From: Chiloscyllium plagiosum
Lineage: Eukaryota
Assembly: GCF_004010195.1 (NCBI RefSeq)
Contig: NC_057754.1
Location: forward strand, 10,591,659 to 10,626,909
DNA length: 35,251 bases
Direction: 5' to 3'
Positions 11,455 to 24,009 of the stretch are shown here, piece by piece; position 1 is the stretch's first letter; each line of letters starts with the position of its first letter. The notes under the pieces were generated by a model. The model saw nothing but the letters and a program-made list of their open reading frames with translations, ran no database searches and was not told the DNA's origin. The position numbers were made by a program, and so were the translations under genes.

Positions 11455-12049
11455 CACAGTTGGGGGTTGGGGGTTGGGGGTGTGATTTGAAGAGGTCCGT
11501 TCACACAGTGATTTTTCTTTCGTGAACTTGTTTTGCAGACCAGAATTTCTAAAGAAGTTCTGACAGTCAGCAGAGCCTCGGGATTTGTATATCATTGGCA
11601 TTTCACTGTGGAAGGAAAAAGGTTTGTGGGAATATAATTCTGATATGTGTGTATCTCGAAAAGTAGCAAGATGTTCCAGTTCGTTGTTAGATCACTGGGG
11701 TATGTGATCAGTTCTGGGCAGTGCAGCTCAGGAAGGAAATGTAGGCCTGACAGCGGCACAGATTTATCCAAATAACTCCTCAAGTCTTGGAAAGAACGGT
11801 CATATTTCATCCCAATCACCCACTTCATGGTTTTAACCTATAATTTACTCATTCTCAAATGCCTGCAAACTTCATTTTCAAATTCCTTAGCGCCCCTTCA
11901 GGTGGAACATTCTAGATTCTTGAATCTGAAGTGTTACATAGTGCTGAATTGGAAGATGAGATGTTGTTCCCTGTGCTCCCATTAAGCTGCATTGGAACAG
12001 TAAAGGAGGCTGAGGTCAGTGTAGGTGTGAGTAGACAAATAAACTGACA

Positions 12050-13320
12050 AGGCTGCACTGTGAGTGCTGCTTGGCTGAATGAGAGTGCTTTAGAGTTGGG
12101 TGGAAACAGACAGTGAGGTGTGTCAGGGAGAAGGTGAAGCTGAAAGATTGAGTGTGGTACACAGTCTCCGGGCTGTTCAGAAAGTGATACAGTCCAGTTG
12201 GAAAGAGCCAATTGGTTCGTGTTCTCTGCAGAATATTTTCTTTCAATTTTTAAATTTAATATTCATGAAGTACAGATAGGAGCTTTCCGTTGTAATAGAT
12301 GTGTTTGAAATGAAGGAAGATCCTTAGCTCAATTAAATTCTCTTAAGGGGAGTAACTAGTTTAATATACAGAGAAGTCATGTAAGGAGACCTCAGACTCA
12401 TGGTGTGCACCTCTTACACAATGTGGGAAATAAGGGAGGCTTCCAGTATGCCTGATGACTGCGTGTGCAAGAAGTGTATCCATATGCAGCTACTGGCTAA
12501 CATTTTCAGAGCTGGAGCTGTGGATGGACTTACTGTAGAATGTCATGAACAACGCGTTTACCGAGGTAGTCACACTGCACGTGAGAATTACACAGGCAGA
12601 AAGGGAATGGGTGACCATCAGATAAAGCGAAAGGCTCTTCACGTAAGTGCTGGAGTCCCCAGTGGTCATTCTCCTCTCAAACAGATATACCACTTTGGAT
12701 ACTGTAGGAAGTGGTTGGGGTGGCCTTTCAGGGGAAATCAGCAACAGCTGAGTTCATAGTGTCATAGTAGGCTCTACTGCACAAAAGGGAAGGAAAAAGA
12801 ATGGCAAGGCTATAGTGACAGGGGTCTCAATAGCCAGGGATACAGACAGGCACTTCTGTGGCCCAGACATGAACCCAGGATGATATGTGACCTCCCTGGC
12901 GCTAGGATCCAGGATATTATGCAGCGCTGCAGGACATTTTGGAGCTCGAGAGTGAACAGCCGATGGTCATAGAACTCAGAGGTACTAACGACAACCAGAC
13001 ATGAGTAACTGAAAGCTGAATGTAGGAAGACAGGAGATATATTAAAATGCAGGACCTCAAATGTAATGTTGTCAGCTTTACTCCCAATACCATGTGCTAC
13101 TGAGAGCAGGAATAAGAGGACAGATCAGAGGAATGTGTGACTGGAAAAATGATGTACCAGAGAAGGGTTTAAATTCTTGATGCATTGGGACCGTCTCTAG
13201 GTAAGGTGGGAGCTGTAGAAGCTTGACCACTTACTCTGGGCCGAGCTGGGACAAATCTTGGGTCCCTTTGCTGGTTCCATTGGTGAGGTTTTAAACTAGT
13301 CTGGCAGGGGAATGGGAACC
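12050..13320 (+). mobile_element. Degenerate CR1 5' region: ORF1 zinc-finger plus SGNH esterase remnant
   Basis: MVCTSYTMWEIREASSMPDDCVCKKC (ORF1 N-terminus); AIVTGVSIARDTDRHFCG, LPGARIQD, GTND; homologous to 23352-23870. Confidence 0.75.
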
Positions 13321-13816
13321 CAAGTGTAAGCTTAGATGAGTCAAATTCAGATTAGGAAACGGAAGGTTACTGATGCAATCAGTGGCTCAGAAAGACAAAG
13401 AAAGGCTAGATAAACGAGGATAGATTCTGCCTTTATGATAGTGCAGGAATCAGAATGTTGAACCTTCTTTACACTCTTAAGTGGCCAATGCATCCTTCCG
13501 TGAGTAAGGAGAACAAAGGTGCATACACTATTCCAGGTGTGGGCTCCCCAAAGCCCTTACAGAAAGGCATCCCCTGTTCCTGTACTTGAATCCTCTCACT
13601 ATGTGCACATGTATCATTTGCGTTCTTCACTGTTTGCCAATCCTGCTTACTTCCTAAAAGAGAGATTCACAGAGAAACATGGAACAAAATGGGGTCACAG
13701 TCTCGGATATACAATTGCTGAACACAATATCCTATCGAATCTAGACTGGTCAGCAAGCACCAATACTCTTGACCCATTTTCCTGCTTTCAGCATGCAACC
13801 TATATTGTAGTGACTT

Positions 13817-14369
13817 ATAGAGTCATAAAGATGTACAGAATGGAAACAGACCCTTCTGTCCAACCCATCCATGCCGACTAGACATCCCAACCTAATCTAG
13901 CCCCACCTACTAGCACCCGGCCCATATCCCTCCAAATCCTTCCCATTCATATACCCACCCAAATGCCTCTTAAATGTTGCAATTGTGCCAGCCTTCACCA
14001 CATCCTTTGGCAGCTCATTCCATACACGTACCACCCTCTGCGTGAAAATGTTGCCCCTTAGGTCTCTTATATATCTTTCTCCTCTCACCCTAAGCCTATG
14101 CCCTCTAGTTCTAGACTCCCCGACCCCAGGGAAAAGACTTTTTCTATTTATCCTATCCATGCCCCTCATAATTTTGTAAACCTCTATAAGGTCACCCCTC
14201 AGCCTCCGACGCGCCAGGGAAAACAGCCCCAGCCTGTTCAGCCTCTCCCTGTAGCTCAGATCCTCCAACCCGGCAACATCCTTGTAAATCTTTTCTGAAC
14301 CCTTTCAAGTTTCACAAGATCTTTCCGATAGGAAGGAGACCAGAATTGCACGCAATATTCCAACAGTAG
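13817..14369 (-). mobile_element. CR1 (HER1-like) 5'-truncated copy
   Basis: LSYRERLNRLGLFSLARRRLRGDLIEVYKIMRG...FKRHLGGYMN; tail at 13817. Confidence 0.92.
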
Positions 14370-14476
14370 CTATATGATCATCTCAACAATTCTTCAACGT
14401 TGCAACGATGCCTGCATCCGTCGTCATTTCAGATGCTGTTTTTAGTTTAGATTTCCACAGTTTTGCTTCTGCACTC

Positions 14477-15690
14477 AGAGTCGTAGAGTTATACAGCATG
14501 GAAACAGACTATTTGTTCCAGCTTATCCATGTTGACCCGATGTCCTGAACCAATTTGGTCACCTTGGTCAGCACTTGGCCCATATTCCTCTATACCTTTC
14601 TATTCATATGCTCATCCAGCTGCCTTTCAAATGTTGTAATTGTTCCAGTTTCAATCACTTCCTCTGGCAGCTCATTCTATACACGCATGGCCCTCTAAAT
14701 GAAAAGGTTGTCCATAAGGTCCCTTTTAAATGGGTGGCACGGTGGCACAGTGGTTAGCACTGCTGCCTCGCAGCGCCAGAGACCCGGGTTCAATTCCCGC
14801 CTCAGGCGACTGACTGTGTGGAGTTTGCACGTTCTCCCCGTGTCTGCGTGGGTTTCCTCCGGGAGCTCCGGTTTCCTCCCACAGTCACAAAGATGTGCAG
14901 GTTAGGTGAATTGGCCATGTTAAATTGTCCCTAATGTTAGGTAAGGGGTAAATGTAGGGGTATGGGTGGGTTGCGCTTCGGCGGGTCGGTGTGGACTTGT
15001 TGGGCCGAAGGGCCTGTTTCCACACTGAAAAGTAATCTAATCTAATCTAATCTAAATATTGCCCTTCTCAACTATTCACCGTATCCATGCCGCTTATGAT
15101 TTTATAAACTTCTAGAAGGCCACCCGTCAGCCTCCAATTCTCCAGGGAAAATAGCCTCAGCCTATTCAGCCTCTCCCTATAGCTCAAACCTCCAAACCTA
15201 CTAACATCTTTGGAAATCTTTTCTAACTCTTTCAAATTTCACACCATGTTTCCTATAGCAGGGTGACTAGAATTGAATGCATTATTCCAAAAGTCGCCTA
15301 ACCAATGTCTTGTACAGCTGCAACATGATTTCCCAACTCCTGAAATCAATGCACCAACAAATAAGGCATTCTTCACTATTCTGTCCACCTAAGACTCCAC
15401 TTTGAAGGAACTATGAACCTACACTCCAAGGTGTCTTTGTTTGGCAACACTCCATGGAACCTTACTGTTGAGTGTCTAAGTCCTGCCCTGATTACTTCTT
15501 TCAGAGAGGAGGGAGACCAGAATTGAATGCAGTATTCCTAAAATTAGCCTCATCAACTTCCTATCGAGCCACGACTTGAGCTCCCAACTTTGATACCAAA
15601 TGCATCGACCAATAGGGGAAAAAACATGCCAATTACCTTCACTACCCTGTCGACTTCCAACTCCACTTTCAAGGAACTATACACTTGTTC
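14477..15690 (-). mobile_element. Older CR1 3' fragments, interrupted by a SINE
   Basis: Collinear with 19518-20290 at lower identity; partial repeat of the RT C-terminal segment at 15500-15690. Confidence 0.8.
14732..15052 (+). mobile_element. V-SINE (HE1-like), full length, young
   Basis: GGGTGGCACGGTGGCACAGTGGTTAGC, B box GGTTCAATTCC, CpGs retained, (TCTAA)n tail, TAAAT target duplication. Confidence 0.93.
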
Positions 15691-16140
15691 TTAGCCCTTC
15701 AGAGGAATTGAAGGGAGAAAACAGGAACAGGATTGAGTTGTAGATCTATAAAATGCATCTCGTTCATGCATACCTCTCCCTCCTCTAGCTCTTTCTTTAG
15801 TTTTGTGCAAACACTGAGCGGTTCCCTTCCTTGAAGGAGATTCATGAACCAGTTTGGTTTTAACAATAATCCAGCAGTTTCCCTCTGTCATCTCCACAAC
15901 TGACCGGATTTATGTGTTTCAGTTTCACACCTGTGTGTTCTTGTTTCTCCTAGTACATTTGTTTTCTGTTTGAAAGGTTAATTTGCAATTCGAGACTTCA
16001 AACGAAACCACACCCAGATCCAAAAGTCACTGTGTTTATCATAATCTAATTATCTCAGGATTTTGAACATTGAAGGAAAAAGCATCATTCACACCAGGGA
16101 TCCTTCATCATCTGTGAAAATCTGTGAAGATTCATCTGAA

Positions 16141-17715
16141 ATGTCCAAACACCAGTATGATCATACTGGAGTGGGAGGATGGAAATGTGGGGATTGCGGG
16201 AAGGGATTTCTTTACCCATCCCAGCTGGAAAATCACCAACGCAGTCACACTGGGGAGAAGTCATTCACTTGCTCTGATTGTGGGATGGGATTCACTCAGT
16301 CATCCAACCTGCGGATCCACCAGCAGGTTCACACTGGGGAGAGACCATTAACCTGTTCTGAATGTGGGAAAGGATTCACTCATTCATCTAAACTGCTGGA
16401 ACACCAGCGTGTTCACACTGGAGAGAGACCATTTATCTGCTCTGTTTGTGGGAAAGCATTTGCTCAGTCATGCAACCTGCTAATACACCAGCGAATTCAC
16501 AAGAGAGAGAGACCATTCACCTGTTCTGAATGTGGGAAAGGATTCACTCACTCATCTAAACTACTTGAACACCAACGGGTTCACAGTGGAGAGAGACCAT
16601 TCACCTGCTCTGATTGTGGAAAAGGATTCACTCACTCATCTAAACTGCTGGAACACCAGGGAGTTCACACTGAGGAGAGACCTTACACCTGTTCTGCCTG
16701 TGGTAAAGGATTCACTCGGTCATCCAGCCTGCAGATACACCAGCGAGTTCACACTGGGGAAAGACCATTCCTCTGCTCCCTGTGTGGGAAGGGATTCACT
16801 CAGTCATCCAAACTGCTGGAACACCAGCGGATTCACACAGGAGAGAGACCATTCACCTGCTCCAATTGTGGGAAGGCATTCGCTCAGTCATCCAACCTGC
16901 TGCTACATCAGCGAGTTCACACTGGGGAGAAGCCATTCACCTGCTGCCAGTGTGGGAAGGGATTCACCCAGTCATCCAGCCTGCGGATACACCAGCGAGT
17001 TCATACCGGGGAGAAACCTTTCACTTGCTCCGACTGTGGGAAGGGATTCACTTCTTCATCCAGCCTGCTGAAACATCAGGGAGTTCACACCGGGGAGAGA
17101 CCGTTCACCTGTTCTGAATGTGGAAAAGCGTTTGTTCACTCATCTAAGTTACTCGAACACCAGGGAATTCATACTGGGGAGAGACCATTCACTTGTTCTG
17201 AATGTGGGAAAGGATTCACTCACTCATCTAAACTGCTGGAGCACCAGCGAGTTCACACTGGGGAGAGACCATTCACTTGTTCTGAATGTGGAAAAGGATT
17301 CATTCGCTCATCTAATCTCCTAGAACACCAGCGAGTTCACACTGGGGAGAGACCATTCATTTGTTCTGAATGTGGAAAAGGATTCATTCGCTCATCTAAA
17401 CTCCTGGAGCATCAGCAAGTTCATACCAGAGAGAAATCATTCACCTGTTCAGCTTGTGGGAAGGGATTTACCCAATCATCAAACCTGCTGAGACACCAGC
17501 GGGTTCACACTGGAGAGAAACCATTCACCTGCTCTGATTGTGGGAAAGCATTCACTCAGTCAACAATCCTGCTAGTGCACCAGCGGATTCACAGGAGAGA
17601 GAGACCATTCACCTGCTCCAATTGTGGGAAGGGATTTACTCAGTCATCCAACCTGCTGAGGCACCAGCGAGTTCACGCTGGGGAGAAGCATTCACTCAGT
17701 CAGCTTACCTGTTGA
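16141..17715 (+). CDS. Tandem C2H2 zinc-finger protein, 18 intact fingers, no effector domain in this exon
   Basis: Open frame 16045-17715; first ATG 16141 (524 aa); 18 contiguous C-x2-C-x12-H-x3-H units with TGE(R/K)P linkers, all Cys/His intact; true start uncertain (possible acceptor AG at 16057-16058). Confidence 0.92.
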   Translation: MSKHQYDHTGVGGWKCGDCGKGFLYPSQLENHQRSHTGEKSFTCSDCGMGFTQSSNLRIHQQVHTGERPLTCSECGKGFTHSSKLLEHQRVHTGERPFICSVCGKAFAQSCNLLIHQRIHKRERPFTCSECGKGFTHSSKLLEHQRVHSGERPFTCSDCGKGFTHSSKLLEHQGVHTEERPYTCSACGKGFTRSSSLQIHQRVHTGERPFLCSLCGKGFTQSSKLLEHQRIHTGERPFTCSNCGKAFAQSSNLLLHQRVHTGEKPFTCCQCGKGFTQSSSLRIHQRVHTGEKPFTCSDCGKGFTSSSSLLKHQGVHTGERPFTCSECGKAFVHSSKLLEHQGIHTGERPFTCSECGKGFTHSSKLLEHQRVHTGERPFTCSECGKGFIRSSNLLEHQRVHTGERPFICSECGKGFIRSSKLLEHQQVHTREKSFTCSACGKGFTQSSNLLRHQRVHTGEKPFTCSDCGKAFTQSTILLVHQRIHRRERPFTCSNCGKGFTQSSNLLRHQRVHAGEKHSLSQLTC

Positions 17716-18699
17716 TACAGCAGCCTGTTCACTCCATGAATAGATTATTCACTCTGTCATCCAAACTGTTAACACACCAGTGAAATGACACTGCGTGAAT
17801 CCTGTTCACCTGCTATGCTATGGAAATGGCGTTGCTGTTTGCAAACACACCAGCAAATTCACAAAGAACCACCAAGGAATGAACCTTTGTCACTGGGCGG
17901 TTGTATTGATGTTATTAAACCCTACTCTATTAAAGGTGTTCATTTTGTAGATAAAACATTGATACAGTTGTATCAATGCCTTTGGAAATGATCACAATGT
18001 CACTGGACATCAACAGATTTACACTGGGTAAAGATTGTCCATCTGCATATTGTCTGTAAAGTGATTTTATGGTTCCTTGGGATTGGTTAAATAACAATGA
18101 GTTCCCTAGTAACTCTGCATTGGATTTTGAAGTTACTGTTATCGATATCCAAACAGTGTTTTCTGGGCTTTTTGCTGATGATATTTGTAAACACCATAGG
18201 TTCATTTACCTGTATAGGATAAAAATGATATAAATAACCTTTTCCTTAAAATTAAGTCGTATCAAGTCTTTATTTTATCTCCAAGGCGCTCAGAATGAGA
18301 CAGTCAGTACCCTTCACCTAAGCTGTTGGGCGAAAGCCTATCCAAAGTGAGATATAGCCTGTGATGCTGGAAGTGTTGTTACAAGTGCCGTTGTGGTGTG
18401 TGAAACTTAACTTGGTAATGGTATGGGATCCAGAGTGAATGTCCAAAAGGGTAAGAAGGAAAGAGAAGAATCAAGTGAGTGAGGAAGGGGTTAGCATTAC
18501 ACAACAGTTAAGGTTTGACACGGTTGAATGGCAATGATTTTAATGTTACAAGTTTGACGAATAAGGCAGATGAGTTGCAGATATAAATTAAAAATGGGTG
18601 CGATGACTGTTTTAGATCAATTTCATTGTGTTTTGGAGTTTGATGTACAGTCGTGACACATACAGAACACCACACGAAGATCTAACAGAATTGCTTAGT

Positions 18700-19345
<646 letters not shown>

Positions 19346-21368
19346 TGCAGTAACAGTTTGTTTTCTGTTTATTCATGGGATCATGGCATCATCAGTTCAG
19401 CCAGCATTTATCATCCATTCTGAATGCCCAGAGGATGGTTAAGAATGAAACTCAATGTTTTGAGTCCGCATTCACGTGTTGGCCAGGCTAGGTCAGAATT
19501 AACAAAGGTTCCCAGAGAGAGTCATAGAGATGTACAGCACGGAAACAGACCCTTCGATCCAACCCGTCCATGCCGACCAGATATCCCAACCCAATCTAGT
19601 CCCGACTGCCAGCACCCGGCCCATATCCCTCCAAACTCTTCCTATTCGCATTCCCATCCAGATGCCTTTTAAATGTTGTAATTGTAATTGTACCAGCCTC
19701 CACCACATCCTCTGGCAGCTCATTCCATACAAGTAGTACCCTCTGTATGAAAACGTTGCCCCCTAGGTCTGTTCTATATCTTTCCCCTCTCACCTTAAAC
19801 CTATGCCCTCTAGTTCTGGATTCCCCACCCCAGGAAAAAGACTTTGTCTATTTACCCTATTCATGCGCCTCATAATTTTGTAAACCTCTATAAGGTCACC
19901 CCTCAGCCTCTGACGCTCCAGGGAAAACACCCACAGCCTGTTCAGCCTCTTCTTATAACTCAAATCCTCCAACCCTGGCAACATCCTTGTAAATCGTTTC
20001 TGAACCCTTTCAAGTTTCACAACATCTTTCCAATAGGAAGGAGACCAGAATTGCATGCAATATTCCAACAGTGGCCTAACCAATGTCCTGTACAGCTGCA
20101 ACATGACCTCCCTACTCCTATACTCAATACTCAGACTGATCAAGGAAAGCATACCAAGCGCCACCTTCACTATCCTATCTACCTGCGACTCCACTTTCAA
20201 GGTGCTATAAACCTGCACTCCAAGGTCTCTTTGTTCAGCAACACTCCCGAGGATCTTACCATTAAGTGTATAAGTCCTGCTAAGGTTTGCTTTTCCAAAA
20301 TACAGCACCTCTCATTTATCTGAATTAAACTCCATCTGCCATTTCTCAGCCCTTTGGCCCATCTGATCAAGATCCTGTTGTAATCTGAGGTAACTCCTTC
20401 GTTGTCCACTATACCTCCAATTTTGGTGTCATCTGCAAACTTACTAACTATACTTCTTTGGCTCACATCCAAATCATTTGTGTAAATGACGAAAAGTAGA
20501 GGACCCAGCACCGGTCCTGGTGGCACTCCACTGGTCACTGAAAAACAACCCTCCACCACCACCTTTTGTCTTCTACCTTTGAGCCAGTTCTGCATCCAAA
20601 TGGCGAGTTCTCCCTGTATTCCGTGGGATCTAACCTTGCTAACCAGTCTGTCATGGGGAACCTTGTCGAACACTTTACTGAAGTCCATATAGATCACATC
20701 TACCGTTCTGCCCTCATCAATCCTCTTTGTTATTTCTTCAAAAAACTCAATCAAGTTTGTGAGACATGATTTCCAATGCACAAAGACATGTTGACTATCC
20801 CTAATCAGTCCTTGCCTTTCCAAATAGATGTACATCCTGTCCCTCAGGATTCCCTCCAACAACTTGCCCATCAGCGATGTCAGGCTCACTGGTCTATAGT
20901 TCCCTGGCTTGTCCTTACACCCTTCTCAAACACTGGCACCATGTTAGCCAATCTCCAGTCTTCCAGCACCTCACCTGTGACTATTGATGATACAAATATC
21001 TCAGCAATCACTTCCCTAGCTTCCCACAGAGTTCTGGCGTACACCTGACCAGGACCTGGGGATTTATCGACTTTTATGTGTTTCAAGACATCTAGCACTT
21101 CCTCCTGTGTAATATGGACATTTTTCAAGATGTCACCATTTATTTACAGTCTATATCTTCCATATCCTTTTCCACAGTAAATACTGATGTACAATACTCG
21201 TTTAGTATCTCCCCCATTTCTGCGGCTCCACACAAAGGCCGCCTTGCTGATCTTTGAGGGGCCCTATTCTCTGAGAGAAAGTGAGGGCTGCAGATGCTGG
21301 AGGTCAGAGCTGAAAATGTGTTGCTGGAAAAGCGCAGCAGGTCAGGCAGCATCCAAGGAACAGGAGAA

Positions 21369-21400
21369 TCGACGTTTCGGGAATAAGCCCTTCTTCAGGA
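21369..21400 (-). ncRNA. Minimal hammerhead ribozyme motif
   Basis: uc-CUGAAGA-a-ggg(cuuauu)ccc-GAAA-CG-UC-ga. Confidence 0.7.
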
Positions 21401-21706
21401 ATGAGGAAAGTGTGTCCAGCAGGCTAAGATAAAAGGTAGGGAGGAGGGACTTGGGGGAGAGGCTTTGGAAATGCGATAGGTGGAGGGAGGTCAAGGTGAA
21501 GGTGATAGGCCGGAGTGGGGTGGGGGCGGAGAGGTCAGGAAGATGATTCCTAACCTGCAATCATCTTCCTGACCTCTCCGCCCCTACCCCACTCCGGCCT
21601 ATCACCCTCACCTTGACCTCCCTCCACCTATCGCATTTCCAAAGCCCCTCCCCCAAGTCCCTCCTCAAGACCTTTTATCTTAGCCTGCTGGACACACTTT
21701 CCTCAT

Positions 21707-21738
21707 TCCTGAAGAAGGGCTTATTCCCGAAACGTCGA
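21707..21738 (+). ncRNA. Minimal hammerhead ribozyme motif
   Basis: uc-CUGAAGA-a-ggg(cuuauu)ccc-GAAA-CG-UC-ga; predicted cleavage after C21736. Confidence 0.7.
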
Positions 21739-22725
21739 TTCTCCTGTTCCTTGGATGCTGCAGGGCCCTATTCTCTCCCTAGTTACCCTTTTGTCCTTTA
21801 TGTATTTGTAAAAACCCTTTGGATTCTCCTTAATTCTATTTGCCAAAGCTATCTCATGTCCCCGTTTTGCCCTCCTGATTTCCCTCTTAAGTATACTCGT
21901 ACTGCCATTATACTCTTCTAAGGATTCACTCAATCTATCCCGTCTATACCTGACATATCCTTCTTTTTCTTAACCAAGCTCTCAATTTCTTCAGTCATCC
22001 AGCATTCCGTATACCTACCAGACTTTCCTTTCACCCTAACAGGAGTATACTTTCTCTGGATTCTCATTATTTCTGAAGGCTTCCCTTTTTCTAGCCATCC
22101 CTTCACCTGCGAACATCTGCCCCCAATCAGCTTTCGAAAGTTCTTGCCTAATATCGTCAAAATTGGCCTTGCTCCAATTTAGAACTTCAGCTTTTAGATC
22201 TGGTCTATCCTTTTCCATCGCTATTTTAAAACTAATAGAATTGTGGTCGCTGGCCCCAAAGTGCACCCCCACTGATACCTCAGTCACCTGCCCTGCCTTA
22301 TTTCCCAACAGTAGGTCATTGCACCTTCTCTAGTAGGTATATCCACATACTGAATCAGAAAATTTTCTTGTACACACTTAACAAATTTCTCTCCATCTAA
22401 ACCCTTAACATTACGGCTGTCCCATTTGATGTTTGGAAAGTTAAAATCCCTGACTATAACCACCCTATTATTCTTACAGATAGCTGAGATCTCCTTTCAA
22501 ATCTGTTTCCCAATTTCCTGCTATCTATTAGGGGGTCTATAATACAATCCCAATAAGGTGATCATCCTTTCTTATTTCTCAGTTCAACCCAAATAACTTC
22601 CCTGGATGTATTTCCGGGAATATCTTCCCTCAGTACAGCTGTAATGCTATCCCTTGTCAAAAACACCACTCCCCCTCCTCTCTTGCCTCCCTTTCTATCC
22701 TTCTATCCTTCCTGTAGCACTTTTT

Positions 22726-22960
22726 TTAGATTAGATTAGATTAGATTACATACAGTGTGGAAACAGGCCCTTCGGCCCAACAAGTCCACACCGACCCGCC
22801 GAAGCGTAACCCACCCATACCCCTACATTTACCCCTTTACCTAACACTACGGGCAATTTAGCATGGCCAATTCACCTGACTTGCACATCTTTGGACTGTG
22901 GGAGGAAACCGGAGCCCCCGGAGGAAACCCACGCAGACACGGGGAGAACGTGCAAACTCC
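22726..22960 (-). mobile_element. V-SINE (HE1-like), 5'-truncated
   Basis: Matches 11167-11375; (TTAGA)n tail. Confidence 0.9.
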
Positions 22961-24009
22961 TGCCAGTATCCTGTAAGCTGCCAGTCCTGTTCATCCCTGT
23001 AGAAGTGACCTGTACAAGAAGGATGGATTGCATCTAAATTGGAAGGGGACTAATATACTGGCGGGGAGATTTGCTAGAGCTGCTTGGGAGGATTTAAACT
23101 AGTAAGGTGGTGGTGGTGGTGGTGAACCATGTCTCTGTAATTGTTATGATATCCCAGTCCCATGTTCCTAACCATGCCCTGAGTTCATCTGTCTCCCCTG
23201 TTAGGCCCCTTGCTTTGAAATAAATGTAGTTTAACTTATTAGACCTACCTTGTCCCTGCCTGCCCTGACTGTTTGGTACCGTTGAGAACAGACGTGAATC
23301 AGTCTCAGATTGATCTCTTCCCTCACTATCACCCTCGGTTCCCCCCCAACTTTACTGGTTTAAATCCTCCCAAGCAGCTCTAGCAAATCTCCCTGCCAGT
23401 ATATTAGTCCCCTTCCAATTTAGGTGAATTCTGTCCTTTTTGAACAGGTCACTTCTACCCCAAAAGAGATTCCAATGATCCAAAAATGTGAATCCTTCCC
23501 CCATACACCAGTTCCTCAGCCGTGTATTCATCTGCTCTATCCTCCTATTCCTGCCCTCACTAGCTAGTGGCACTGGGAGTAATCCAGATATTACTACTCT
23601 CGAGGACCTCCTTTTTAAATTTCTGCCTAACTCTCTGAAATCTCCCTTCAGAATCTCAACCTTTTCCCTTCCTATGTCGTTGGTTCCAATGTGGACAATG
23701 ACGTCTTGCTGGCTCCTCTCTCCCTTGAGAACATCCTGCATCCACTCTGGGACATCCTTGATCCTGGCACCAGGGAAGCAACACCCCATTCTGACTTTTC
23801 ACTGCTGGCCACAGAAACATCTGTCTGTACCTCAGACTAGAGAGTCCCCTAACACAATTGATCTCTTGGAACCTGACGTACCCCTCATTGCATTAGAGCC
23901 AGTCTCAATACCAGATATGTAGCCATTCGTGCTAGTTCACCTGTGAATCGATCACCCCCTACATTTTCCAATACAGCCTACTTGTTTGAAATGGGGATAG
24001 CCACAGAAT

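Larger units (their letters stand above)
21273..21762. mobile_element. Penelope-like fold-back insertion inside CR1 ORF2
   Basis: Arms 21346-21548 and 21559-21761 are near-perfect reverse complements with a 10-nt spacer; 73-nt unpaired tail on the left; 14-bp TSD GGGCCCTATTCTCT at 21259-21272 and 21763-21776. Confidence 0.9.
19518..24009 (-). mobile_element. Near full-length CR1 LINE (ORF1 esterase, APE, RT), disabled, with nested insertions
   Basis: ORF1 VLGDSLV*..CCFPGARIKD..HIGTND..DRIHLN; APE SDHN; RT YMDFSKVFDKVPH, SKFADDTK; frameshifts; 3' tail at 19518. Confidence 0.95.

Noticed and set aside
14732..14800. tRNA genes (also at 11390-11454, 28686-28755, 33065-33132)
   Set aside because: tRNA-derived SINE heads continuing into V-domain and LINE-like tails
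16180..17690. Regularly spaced repeats as a CRISPR-like array
   Set aside because: The 84-bp period is coding C2H2 fingers; eukaryotic context, no spacers or cas genes
16124..17783. Overlapping alternative-frame ORFs (e.g. 179 aa at 16532-17071)
   Set aside because: Expected shadow frames of the 84-bp finger repeat; no independent evidence
23352..23789. Domesticated SGNH esterase gene
   Set aside because: It is ORF1 of the surrounding CR1; an in-frame TGA follows the GDSLV motif just upstream and the rest of the element is decayed
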